Below, in pieces: positions 9,337 through 18,675 of a DNA stretch of 52,898 bases. This DNA comes from a virus (taxonomy: Duplodnaviria; Caudoviricetes). The notes below the pieces were generated by a model. That model was given only the letters and a program-made list of their open reading frames with translations. It was not told the origin of the DNA and did not search any database. Location of the stretch: positions 1-52,898 of IMG/VR virus record IMGVR_UViG_3300025030_000139. One strand, 5' to 3'. A program made the translations under genes and the position numbers. Position 1 is the first letter of the stretch. Each line of letters begins with the position of its first letter.

Positions 9337-10359
9337 TTACCCAACCACCCTCAGCAAATCTTCCGCCACGTCGCCCCACGTGCGCCCGCTCAACCACTGC
9401 GCCGCCTCTTTCCCGAACTGCCTGGCCTCGCTCGGATGCTCAATGCACCACCGCATCCTCACGATGCACGCTTCCACGTCCGGTTCCACCCACTCCCCGA
9501 TCGTCCCCGCGTCCCACCAGCCATACGCCGCCGGTGAGAACCTCGTGATCGGGATCGGCAGCGCCCAACGTTCGCAATCGACGGCCAGGCCGCCGTGGTT
9601 GGTTGCGATCACCGGCAGCCCCGTCGCGGCCGCCTCGCGCGGCGGCAGGCCCCACCCCTCGCCGCGCGATGGAAACACAAAACAGTCCGCGCGCGCCAGC
9701 AGCGATCGCCAGGCGTAGCGATCGAGTTTCCCGATCAGCGCCTTCACGTTCTGATCCGCGAACTTCGGATTGCCCGGCAGCGCCTCGCGGAAGTGCAGCA
9801 CCAGCTGCACGTCCGTGCGATCGCCGAACGCCAGCCGGAACGCGCGATACGCCACGTCCCATCCCTTGCGCAGGTCCGGCGTGCCTGACCACACGAACGT
9901 GTACACCTCTTTGTCGATCGCGCGTTCGATCGGGAAGTAATCGTCGAGGTTCAATCCCAACTCGACCACGGCGATCGGCTTTGTGATCCCGTTCGCGCGG
10001 AACATCTCCGCGCACCACTCGCTCGGCGTGACCAATTGGTCGCACCGCCGCTCGATCGCCTCCGCCCAGCCCGCCGGCAGCCGCGTCGCCTCGAACATCG
10101 TGTAGCCGGCCAGCGTCCCCGCGTCGATCAGCGGATACCACCTCGGCACGCACAGCGCCAGCGCCGCGCCGGGCCGCACGTCCCAATACCGCAGATCTTC
10201 CTCGTCCTGTTGGGGCAATCCCTTGCGGTTGCCCTCCGGCGGACGCATATCCATCACGTGAACCTCCGGCTGCAGCGCCCTCAGCGCCCGCCCGATCTCG
10301 ATCGTCGCCTCCCCGTACCCATCCAACGGCTCGAAAAATCCCAAAAATGAGAGCGTCAT
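9337..10359 (-). CDS. Glycosyltransferase family 4 (GT-B)
   Basis: GYGEA, TMFE, RKGWD and ADCFVFPSRGEGWGLPPREAAATGLPVI motifs. Confidence 0.92.
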   Translation of the reverse strand: MTLSFLGFFEPLDGYGEATIEIGRALRALQPEVHVMDMRPPEGNRKGLPQQDEEDLRYWDVRPGAALALCVPRWYPLIDAGTLAGYTMFEATRLPAGWAEAIERRCDQLVTPSEWCAEMFRANGITKPIAVVELGLNLDDYFPIERAIDKEVYTFVWSGTPDLRKGWDVAYRAFRLAFGDRTDVQLVLHFREALPGNPKFADQNVKALIGKLDRYAWRSLLARADCFVFPSRGEGWGLPPREAAATGLPVIATNHGGLAVDCERWALPIPITRFSPAAYGWWDAGTIGEWVEPDVEACIVRMRWCIEHPSEARQFGKEAAQWLSGRTWGDVAEDLLRVVG

Positions 10360-10448
10360 GCTTATCCCTTCTTAAGGCCTCTTTTCGATGTGCTTGAATT
10401 CATTCCCGATCCCCGATCCCTGATCCCCGATCCCCAATCCCTGCTTTC

Positions 10449-10874
10449 TCACCTCAACCGGTACACCTCAAACCGGCTCACATCCATCGAGCACTGCAAG
10501 CCCTGATCCTCTTCGTCGTGGATGTCGTTCGCGTGCCGCACCTCCCACACCCGCTGCCCGCTCAACTTCTGCCGGTGCAGGTCCACGTACACCTTATCCA
10601 GCGCCGCCACGATTGTCGCGTGCCCGCTGCGCTGATACCCGAAGATGCTCACCATCATCCGGCTGCCCGTCCGGTGCGGCGGAATATCCGCCTCCCCGTC
10701 CACCTTGATCAGCAGGCACGGCAGGATTTCCTTGTTCGCGTCGAACGCCGCCGGCGCGCTCTGCCGCGTAATCTCGCCGATGTCCTCCGCCGCATAAATT
10801 CCGCCCGTCACCAGCGCCGTCAGAGAACTATCAGCAGCTAATAGTGATTTGATGCTCTGCGCGATCGTCGTCAT
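10449..10874 (-). CDS. Tail terminator-like protein
   Basis: N-terminal LAADSSLTALVTGGIY pattern; size and position. Confidence 0.65.
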   Translation of the reverse strand: MTTIAQSIKSLLAADSSLTALVTGGIYAAEDIGEITRQSAPAAFDANKEILPCLLIKVDGEADIPPHRTGSRMMVSIFGYQRSGHATIVAALDKVYVDLHRQKLSGQRVWEVRHANDIHDEEDQGLQCSMDVSRFEVYRLR

Positions 10875-10920
10875 CTCTCACCACTTCGCACTTTAGTCAC
10901 TTCCCACTTCGCACTTCCCA

Positions 10921-12078
10921 CTACCCACTATACGGATCCCCAAACGCCCACTCCGTCAAATCCTGCGCCAGCCTCATCTTCGCCAGACTCACCAACGGAT
11001 CGCCTCCGATCGCGCTCGCGTACCCGTCCATCTCAGGCCACGCCTGCGATCCGTCCATCCAGCCGCGCAACTTCGTCGTCAACTCCTCCGGCTTAATCAA
11101 CACCGCCGTCTTGTAACACAGGCACTGCACGTGAATCGGCAAACTGATCGTCCCCTTCGGATACACCCCCCCGCCCTTCGGCCCGCCGGCCACCACCTGG
11201 TCGCACTCGTCGTCCACCGGATGCCCGCTGCTCAAATGAATCTGCTCTTCCTGCACGAACGGCAGCGCTTGCATCACCCGATCCGTCGCCATGTGGTGGA
11301 TCGTCTGAATCTCATTGCGCGCCAGGCGCAGCGCCTTATAAGCCACGCCCTGCCCCTTGCACTCCGCCCCGCTATACAACCCCGTCCGCCGCCCGCCGGC
11401 GATCTCTTTCTTGGTCAGCTTGTACAGCCGTGTCCGCGTCCATCTCGGACAACCCTGTGACGCGCCGAGGTATTGCTCCAACTGCTGCGCGATGTCCCAC
11501 GCGCTCGCCCCGTTCGCCGCGCCGGTATAGATCACCTGGTCGATCCCCGCGCGCGACGCATGATCGAGGTTCCAGATTCGTGTGCTCAGCGGAATGCCGT
11601 CGGCATACACCCTCTGATAAGCGGCGTCGAGCACCGCCTGGTGCTGCGGATTGAACACGTACTCGAGCGTGCTGCTGCGCCCCTCCTCGATCGCCCGTTG
11701 TGCCTTCTCATATTGCGGCAGAAAAAACCGATCGTGCAGCACCGCCCATGTCCCGAACGGGATCGCCGCCGCAGTCCTCAACCACTCCGTCAGTGCCGCG
11801 TTCCACTCCTTGTACGCCGCGATCCAGATGCGCTGCGCCGCCTCGTGCGCCCGGATCAGCCCCAGCCCGTCCAGCGTGTTCGATGAAGCGTGTTGGATCA
11901 CCGCGGCCCGCATCTTCGTCGATGCCTCTGCAAAAATCCGATGCGTCTCCCCGATCGAGTACAGGTGCAGCCGCGCCAGCGCCATCTGCTGCGTCTTCCC
12001 CACCTGCCCGATCGAAATATCCCCGATCGTCTTCCCTGCCGCTTCCGTGATCGTCGTCATCAATCCCACTTTAGACAC
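10921..12078 (-). CDS. Head morphogenesis / minor capsid protein (MuF, SPP1 gp7-like)
   Basis: LSTRIW, RLARNE, DECD and PIHVQCLC motifs; follows the portal gene. Confidence 0.8.
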   Translation of the reverse strand: MSKVGLMTTITEAAGKTIGDISIGQVGKTQQMALARLHLYSIGETHRIFAEASTKMRAAVIQHASSNTLDGLGLIRAHEAAQRIWIAAYKEWNAALTEWLRTAAAIPFGTWAVLHDRFFLPQYEKAQRAIEEGRSSTLEYVFNPQHQAVLDAAYQRVYADGIPLSTRIWNLDHASRAGIDQVIYTGAANGASAWDIAQQLEQYLGASQGCPRWTRTRLYKLTKKEIAGGRRTGLYSGAECKGQGVAYKALRLARNEIQTIHHMATDRVMQALPFVQEEQIHLSSGHPVDDECDQVVAGGPKGGGVYPKGTISLPIHVQCLCYKTAVLIKPEELTTKLRGWMDGSQAWPEMDGYASAIGGDPLVSLAKMRLAQDLTEWAFGDPYSG

Positions 12079-12116
12079 TTCCCACTTCTCACTTTAGACA
12101 CTTCCCACTTCCAACT

Positions 12117-13385
12117 TTAGTCACTTCCTTGCGCCGCCAACCGCTCCACGTCCCCGCCGCCCAGCACCACCTGGCTCAAATCCACGTCGGGAATGAACTG
12201 CCCGATCAGCGTCAGGATGATCTGATCGTCCAGCCCGAACGCCCGCAGCCGCAGGGCCGCGTCGGATAGATCGCGCAGCATCGTCGGCGTCAACACCTTC
12301 CGCTTGGCCCAGGCCAGCGTATAATCGGCGCTCTCCGGCAGGATGCCCGCCAGCAATAATTGCAAATCGATTACCGGCCGCACGATCTCATCCTCCACCC
12401 ACTTCGTGATCGTCGGCAAATCATCGTCGTATTGTTCCTTTTGCTCGTTCAGGATGTCGCGGTTGAGGTCCTCCCCATACCCGATCAAACTCATCGGGAT
12501 CGGCGAGGCCGTCCAGAACGATCGCAGGTGGTGCATCACGTCGCCGATCTGGTCGAGGTTCGCATCGCCCTGAATCGTGCTGATGCCGCCCTCTTTGTTG
12601 CTGAAGAAATCGATCTTCGCTGCGAACGGCTGATCGAGCGCCGCCTGGTTGAGCGTCTTGTAGCGCTCGATGTCGGCCTCGTCGCCTTCTACCACGTGGT
12701 GATACCGCATCCCCGCCCGCGTCTTGCGCCGGATCGCGATGTCGGTCTCGCCCTGGTCGAGCCGTCGATAGGCTTTCACCGCCTCCGCAAATAGCGGCGT
12801 CCCGTAGCGCTGCCCCTCGTCGTGCGCCCAGCGCGCGTGCACGATCTGCCACTGCGCAAACCAGATCGCCTCTTTCGGCGCATTCTGACCCATCCACAGT
12901 TGGTCCGACCACCAGAACGCCCTAAGCGGATCCGCGAATTGATCGAACACATCCGAGTTGCGCCGCATCTCCAGCGTCGGCTTGCGCGTCAATACCGTGA
13001 TCTCCGCCTGCGCGTTGACCCCGATCTCCAGCAGCATGTCGCCGTCGCGCAGCGCCAGCCGCATCCAGTCGTCCAATCGATCGAGCATCTTCACGCGCGT
13101 GATCATCGCCGTGGCCGCCTCTACCGCGCGCGCATCCTGGCTCTGCACCTCGAACCCGCCGCGCACCGCGTCACGCGCCAGCGTCCCGATGATGCGTTTC
13201 ACACGCATATCGCCGCGGTACATCTCGCGACACGCCTCGATAATGGCCGATCGCTCGCGCTCCACCCGGAACAACTCGGCCCCGTCGAACGGCCGCGTCG
13301 GCGTCGGATGCTCCTCGATCGTCGTCGGCGCCGCAGCCGGCTGCCGTTGCTTGAACAGGTTCGTGATGCGATCGATCAATCCCAT
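12117..13385 (-). CDS. Portal protein
   Basis: 422 aa with RDGDMLLE, WQIVHAR and RYGTPL motifs; upstream of the MuF-like gene. Confidence 0.8.
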   Translation of the reverse strand: MGLIDRITNLFKQRQPAAAPTTIEEHPTPTRPFDGAELFRVERERSAIIEACREMYRGDMRVKRIIGTLARDAVRGGFEVQSQDARAVEAATAMITRVKMLDRLDDWMRLALRDGDMLLEIGVNAQAEITVLTRKPTLEMRRNSDVFDQFADPLRAFWWSDQLWMGQNAPKEAIWFAQWQIVHARWAHDEGQRYGTPLFAEAVKAYRRLDQGETDIAIRRKTRAGMRYHHVVEGDEADIERYKTLNQAALDQPFAAKIDFFSNKEGGISTIQGDANLDQIGDVMHHLRSFWTASPIPMSLIGYGEDLNRDILNEQKEQYDDDLPTITKWVEDEIVRPVIDLQLLLAGILPESADYTLAWAKRKVLTPTMLRDLSDAALRLRAFGLDDQIILTLIGQFIPDVDLSQVVLGGGDVERLAAQGSD

Positions 13386-13436
13386 AGCCGTATCATCCCG
13401 ATCCCTGATCCCTGATCCCTAATCCCGGCTCACGTC

Positions 13437-13763
13437 TCATTCCACCCTCTCCGCCTGCGCCTGTGTCGCCGCCTGCCGGTTCGGGCTTACTTCGATCACG
13501 CGGTACAGCACCCCGCTCGCCGTGAACCGGTCCTCGACCTGAATGTTCAACGCCGGCGCGCCGAACACGATCACATGCGATCGATACTCCTGTGTCGGCC
13601 CGGCGTCGACTCGCTGCCCGCGTCCCGCGCCCAGCAACTCCAGGCGCACCGTCTGCGCGGCCAGCGTCGTGCTGCCCCGCCGGATCGTGATCGACACGTC
13701 GTTATCGTCGCGGATGATCACTGCATCCGCCTGCATCTGCGTCAAATCGTCGGCGCTCAGCAT
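13437..13763 (-). CDS. Head closure (stopper) protein
   Basis: 108-aa beta-rich protein with IQVEDRF...YRVIEV pattern. Confidence 0.6.
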   Translation of the reverse strand: MLSADDLTQMQADAVIIRDDNDVSITIRRGSTTLAAQTVRLELLGAGRGQRVDAGPTQEYRSHVIVFGAPALNIQVEDRFTASGVLYRVIEVSPNRQAATQAQAERVE

Positions 13764-13848
13764 GTCTCTTTCCTATTTCCCCTTTGCATCTTTGCGGCTC
13801 ACATGCGGTGTTCTTTCCCGTTGCGTGAGACATCTTTGCATGAGACCA

Positions 13849-14475
13849 TTATCCTGCCGTCACGATATGCCCGCGATGCACGCGGATCGCATCCTCATAC
13901 TGCCGCTCGTAACTCTCCGCCTGTGCGCGGAACTCCGCCGCCAGTTTCTCTTTGCTCACCCGCTCCTCGCCGATCGTATACTGCCACGCCTCGCGCGCCG
14001 CCGCCGTCGCCTGCAGCGTCAGCGCCTTGCTGGATGCCTTCAGCAGCACGATCGTCGCAATCTCCTCTGACATCACCGGGTAAGTCTCGCTCTCGTCAAG
14101 CACGTGCCCCGCCCCATAGCGCAGCTGTCGCGCCCCGCTATACGTCGGCGTCGGGACCAGCGTCAGCGTCAACCCCACGATCGTCTGCTGCTCGCTCCAA
14201 TTCGGCGGCACCGGCACCAGGCCTGCCCCGGTGACGAGCACGCCGGCGCTCGCCAGCGGCATCGCCAGATCGACCCACTTCACGAAATCATCCGGTAACG
14301 TGTAATCGGCCTGCCCACCAACCACATTGATCGTCGTGATCTTAATCGTCGAGGCGCGCCGGTTGAAATCGTGCACCCCGTCCTTCACGCATTGCTCATA
14401 TTGCCCGCTCGACGGCACGCTGTTCCGCGCCGGCACATCGGCGGTGAGACGACTGACGAGATCTGAAAGGTCCAT
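13849..14475 (-). CDS. Head-tail adaptor
   Basis: GQADYTLPDDF motif, C-terminal YTIGEERVS; position after the capsid gene. Confidence 0.6.
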   Translation of the reverse strand: MDLSDLVSRLTADVPARNSVPSSGQYEQCVKDGVHDFNRRASTIKITTINVVGGQADYTLPDDFVKWVDLAMPLASAGVLVTGAGLVPVPPNWSEQQTIVGLTLTLVPTPTYSGARQLRYGAGHVLDESETYPVMSEEIATIVLLKASSKALTLQATAAAREAWQYTIGEERVSKEKLAAEFRAQAESYERQYEDAIRVHRGHIVTAG

Positions 14476-14546
14476 AATCTTCGCTATCTAATGGCGGTTA
14501 GCTGTGCTACTCCCCTCCCCTTGTAGGGGAGGGGTTGGGGGTGAGG

Positions 14547-14858
14547 TTACTCCTCGTCCGATCCGGCATCCATCACCGATGCCGGGCGTGTCCCGCTCCG
14601 CCCGCGTCCCCGCGCCGGCTTGGGTGGATCCTCGCTCACGGCGCCGCTATCGCTCAGGATCGGCGGACTCGATTCCGGCCTGAGTGGCGGCGCGTTGATA
14701 GGCGCATCTTCCGTAGACGACAGCACCTTAAAGTATCCCGGATGCGCTTTCTCGGCTCGCTCCAGCGCTAGGGCCGTCACGGTGCGATGCTCGCCCGGAT
14801 AGATGAACTGCCTGTTCAATGGCACGCCCCTCACGCCGATGTTTTTCACTGTGACCAT
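14547..14858 (-). CDS. Small head-module protein with a Pro/Ser-rich tail
   Basis: Co-directional ORF with GGAGG RBS. Confidence 0.6.
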   Translation of the reverse strand: MVTVKNIGVRGVPLNRQFIYPGEHRTVTALALERAEKAHPGYFKVLSSTEDAPINAPPLRPESSPPILSDSGAVSEDPPKPARGRGRSGTRPASVMDAGSDEE

Positions 14859-14866
14859 GTGCCCTC

Positions 14867-15400
14867 CTAGTAGTCTTTGTACACCAGCTTGATGGTCGCG
14901 GTCACATCCTCATTCGTGCCCAGGCCCACCACGTTGATCGAATAACGCAGATACAGCCCGGCCAGCGGTATCTGTTGATATTTCGTGCCGTCCGCGGTGA
15001 ACACCAGGGCATAGCTGCCCGTATTGATAGTGTCCGATACCCACGTAAACGAGGCGTCCGCCCAGTTCGTTCTGTCTGTGCTGAACTGTGGAGTGAGCGT
15101 GATGGCGGCTGTCCCCGACAGGTCGGTTGTCACAAACACGTCCGCCGTCGCATAGCCGCCCGTCTGGCTCACGTCCAGTCCGCTGATGGTTCGCGGACTC
15201 GCGCTGTAACTCACCGCATCGGTCGTGATCACCGTCGATGGATAGAGCGTGATCGACGTCGACCAGCGCGATACCCCGCTGGCATTCTCCGGCGTGCCCG
15301 GCCCGGTGCCCGACGCCAACACGCCGCCCACCAGGGTGGCGGCCATGAGAAGCGTCACCAATACGACTGCCAACACGCGCCCATTGATTCTGAAGTTCAT
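14867..15400 (-). CDS. Signal-peptide-bearing beta-sandwich protein
   Basis: GGAGGA RBS, ATG at 15400, hydrophobic N-terminus ending VLA-S, Thr/Ser-rich beta strands. Confidence 0.7.
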   Translation of the reverse strand: MNFRINGRVLAVVLVTLLMAATLVGGVLASGTGPGTPENASGVSRWSTSITLYPSTVITTDAVSYSASPRTISGLDVSQTGGYATADVFVTTDLSGTAAITLTPQFSTDRTNWADASFTWVSDTINTGSYALVFTADGTKYQQIPLAGLYLRYSINVVGLGTNEDVTATIKLVYKDY

Positions 15401-15474
15401 GGTAATCCTCCAATTGGATGGACGGGGTGCGCACAGGCACCCCGTGACTAGAGATGACTTGACGACGCGCCGCA

Positions 15475-18400
15475 TTAGCTAATGCGCACGTAGCTGCCCT
15501 TCTCGGGTACTGGCGCAACCGTCGCATTGTGCTCTTCCTCGTACCACTGCTCCGCCGCCAACAACTTCAACGTCGAAGTATCGAACGAGGGGAATGGCCC
15601 CTTCAGCACCATCGGGCTGAAGACGCGATAGGCGACCAGCTCCCGGTTCGCCACCAGGATGAAGTCGTCCGTGAACTCCGTCGTCTCAAACACCGGTAGG
15701 CCCTTCAGTCGTCCCACGTATCCCTCGGCGTTGATGTCTTGGTCGGGCCGCGCGCCGCTGGCCGTGAAATTCTCCCAGTTCGCGGCCGTGTCGCTCATGG
15801 TCGTGCTCATCACGATGCCCGTCGGCTTGTAGTACCGGTTCGTCACCTTCACCCGCGCCACACCCACTTTGGCAACCAGGTCGGCGTAGTCCAGCGGACT
15901 CGCGCCGCTGTTCCACGTGCCGCCGCTGTTGTTCGCCACGCTCAACGCTGCGGACAGGCCCATATATAAAATGCCCTGGTCGATCTTGCGCTTGACCTGA
16001 TCGATCAGCATGCTCAGCGTGCGCGTCACCGCGTCCCAGCCCACCTGCGAGCGCGCGTACAACACCGCCTCGTTGCTGATCTGCGTCGCCAGCCGGTCGG
16101 CCTCGCAGGCCGTGTCGATGTACGCCAGTTGCCCCTTGCCCCGCTCGATTGGCTGCATCTCGCCCTTGCGGATCGCGCTGTAGGTGTAATCCACCAGCAC
16201 CGTGTCCGCCGCCCCGATCGTGCCCGTGCTCAGCGTCATCAACTTGCCGTTGGCGTAGTCGATGATGAAGTCGTCGTTTTCGTCGTAGGTCGTGCCGGCC
16301 GGTGAACTCGTCACCACCACCGTTCCGGGTGTGAGCCGTTTGTAATCCAGCGCCACCCAGGTATCGTGCGCCGTCACCACGCTCTCGTCCGTGACGACCG
16401 TCGTCACGCCCGTCTCGTGCGCATACGATTCGTAGAACACCCGCGTGGGGTTCTGGTCCGTCGGCGCGGCGTCGAACACCGAGACCGCAATCAATTGCGG
16501 TCCTACGGCCGCGATGATCGTGCGGCTCACGCTGTATGGCAGGTTGAGGTCGCTGGTCTGCTCGGCCTCTTGCAGCAGCCGCGACTCCTGCTTGAGTTTG
16601 GCCTCGTGCAGGGCGTCGAACCGCTCCAGCAGCCTGGCCGTCCAGGCTTCGTTCACCGTCTTCGGCGTTCGGAAGTCGCGCCGCTGGGTGTGGCCGGCTT
16701 TCACCAGCGCCTCGGTAAATTCGTGCATGCCGCGCGCGAACTCGGGGATGCCCAGTTCGCTCTCCAGCACCGGCGCGACGATCAGGTTGCTGCTGCCGCG
16801 CCGTCCCATCGCTGCCAGCCGCGCCTCGGCCGCGATCGCGTCGTATTCCTTGCGCTTCGCTTCCACGATCGCCTTCACGGCCTTCTCGTCCTGCGGATTC
16901 GCGCTGCGCACCGCCTCGACGAACGCCTTGTTGATGTTATCGCCATATGGCAGGCCCTTCGTCGCCTCCGTGATCGCCGCCTCGATCGTCGCCTTGTGCT
17001 TCTGCTCTTCCAACTGCTTTTTCGCGTCGACCGCTTCCTGCAGCGCCTTGCCCAGATCGGCATTGGCCTCGATGCCCAACATGCCGCGCACGCGCTCTTC
17101 CAGCGCCTTCAGCGCGTCGGCGCCCATCTTGTCCAGGTCCTCTTTGATGAGGCCCTTGAACAGATCGGGATTCTCCCCGATCAGTTTCTTCAGCTCTTCG
17201 AGAGTCATTTTCTCATCCTCCGTAGTTTGATTTTGAGATTCCACGATCGCGACGGCCGACTCGAAGCCGGGTTCCACCACGCCGTCGAAGCCGGTGATCT
17301 CAAGGTACGTCACCTCTTCCACGGACTGCCCGTTCTCTTTGATGATCTTGGAGTCGCCGTATCCCCGCATGCTCAGCGGGATCTGTACGCCGCCTTCCAC
17401 CAAGGCGAGCACGTCGCGCCCCTTGGCCGTCTCCAGGATGTGGCCCGCGACGGAGACGTGATCGCCGTCGAAGTCCACCTCGTCCCATTTGAAAACGGTC
17501 TCAAGCAGCGAGGGTTGTTTGCCCTTATCGGAAGGATGATCGATTTCGCCTAACACCTGAACGCGCAGGCGTCCCTGCCCCGCGCTTTCATGCAAATGAG
17601 TTTTGAGGCGCGTCGTCGCCTCGCGCAGCACCGCCGCCGGATAGCGGCGCCGGTTGCCGTTGGTCGTGTTGGCCGTCATCACCCGCCCGGCCTTGATCGT
17701 GCGGCCTTCGACGAATTGCAGGCTGCCGGTCAGTTGTTCGCTGATCCGTTTCAAATCTTTGCGATCGCGCGCCTCGCCGACGGGCGCCGGCTCACTCGTG
17801 GCCTGCGCGCTCTGCGGCTGATACGTCAACTCGACCACTTCCCATTGATCCTCTGCCGCGAACGTATACGCGCCGGCCGCGTCCCGGCTGTACGTCACCC
17901 GGTAGTATTCATCCGGCGCCAGATCGTTCCACTCGCCCCAGGCCCGCACCACGATCGAGTCGGCAAAGGTATCCACGATCGACCACGGACAAAACAGGGT
18001 GCCGCTGTAGGGCGAGGGCACTTTGAACGCCGCCTCGAACGCATCGCGCAGTTCGGTCATCGTGTACTCGACCGAGCCCTTCACCAGTTCCTCGAACGGT
18101 CGCCCGCGCCCGATCGCCAGCGCGGACTCTTTCAGAGAATCCGGCACCGTCTCCTTCATCTTGCGGTATAGCCCGCGCAGCCGGCGTTTGGCCGTGGTCA
18201 TCGCCGCATCCGGCATATCCGGCATGTTCCGCCCGCCGGCCATCGCCGCCGCGGCCGCGTGCACCCCGTTGCGGTTGGTCGTGATCGCGCCGCCTGAAAA
18301 CTCCGCAACCGGAAGTTTGCACAGCGAATGCTTGAACACCGGGTTCCCGTCGGCGTCCTTGTCGAAGGCCTCGTCGGGAACGTACAAATAGACCTGCTTG

Positions 18401-18516
18401 ATCTGTGCCCGCGTGATGTCGCCGCTCGCGAAGGCCTTCCCCACGGCATTCCCCAGTGCCGTCTTATCCACGTCGCCCCACGCCTTGCTGCTGATGCTCT
18501 TCGATAGAGTCGCCAT
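15475..18516 (-). CDS. Polyprotein: N-terminal domains, prohead protease, scaffold and major capsid protein (about 1013 aa)
   Basis: T4 gp21-like protease motifs (NGNRRRYP, LGEIDHP, LSMRGYG, FDG..EPG), coiled-coil middle, capsid-type C-terminus (YVGRLKGLPVFET) with an Ig-like insertion. Confidence 0.9.
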   Translation of the reverse strand: MATLSKSISSKAWGDVDKTALGNAVGKAFASGDITRAQIKQVYLYVPDEAFDKDADGNPVFKHSLCKLPVAEFSGGAITTNRNGVHAAAAAMAGGRNMPDMPDAAMTTAKRRLRGLYRKMKETVPDSLKESALAIGRGRPFEELVKGSVEYTMTELRDAFEAAFKVPSPYSGTLFCPWSIVDTFADSIVVRAWGEWNDLAPDEYYRVTYSRDAAGAYTFAAEDQWEVVELTYQPQSAQATSEPAPVGEARDRKDLKRISEQLTGSLQFVEGRTIKAGRVMTANTTNGNRRRYPAAVLREATTRLKTHLHESAGQGRLRVQVLGEIDHPSDKGKQPSLLETVFKWDEVDFDGDHVSVAGHILETAKGRDVLALVEGGVQIPLSMRGYGDSKIIKENGQSVEEVTYLEITGFDGVVEPGFESAVAIVESQNQTTEDEKMTLEELKKLIGENPDLFKGLIKEDLDKMGADALKALEERVRGMLGIEANADLGKALQEAVDAKKQLEEQKHKATIEAAITEATKGLPYGDNINKAFVEAVRSANPQDEKAVKAIVEAKRKEYDAIAAEARLAAMGRRGSSNLIVAPVLESELGIPEFARGMHEFTEALVKAGHTQRRDFRTPKTVNEAWTARLLERFDALHEAKLKQESRLLQEAEQTSDLNLPYSVSRTIIAAVGPQLIAVSVFDAAPTDQNPTRVFYESYAHETGVTTVVTDESVVTAHDTWVALDYKRLTPGTVVVTSSPAGTTYDENDDFIIDYANGKLMTLSTGTIGAADTVLVDYTYSAIRKGEMQPIERGKGQLAYIDTACEADRLATQISNEAVLYARSQVGWDAVTRTLSMLIDQVKRKIDQGILYMGLSAALSVANNSGGTWNSGASPLDYADLVAKVGVARVKVTNRYYKPTGIVMSTTMSDTAANWENFTASGARPDQDINAEGYVGRLKGLPVFETTEFTDDFILVANRELVAYRVFSPMVLKGPFPSFDTSTLKLLAAEQWYEEEHNATVAPVPEKGSYVRIS

Positions 18517-18525
18517 CTTGCCCTC

Positions 18526-18636
18526 CACTTCGCACTTTAGTCACTTCGCACTTCACACTTCACACTTTAGTCACTTCCAACTTCTCACTTCGCACTTTAG
18601 TCACTTCGCACTTCACACTTTAGTCACTTCCAACTT
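18526..18636. repeat. Long CACTT-based tandem array between TerL and capsid genes (one of about 16 arrays)
   Basis: CACTTCG / CACTTTAGT / CACTTCA units. Confidence 0.9.
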
Positions 18637-18675
18637 CTGCTTACCTAATATGCGTTAGGTGCTGAATAAAAACAC

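Noticed and set aside
14486-18660. Integron attC sites (GTTAG motifs)
   Set aside because: The arms are only 6 bp apart with no long imperfect hairpin, which fits a dif-like simple site better
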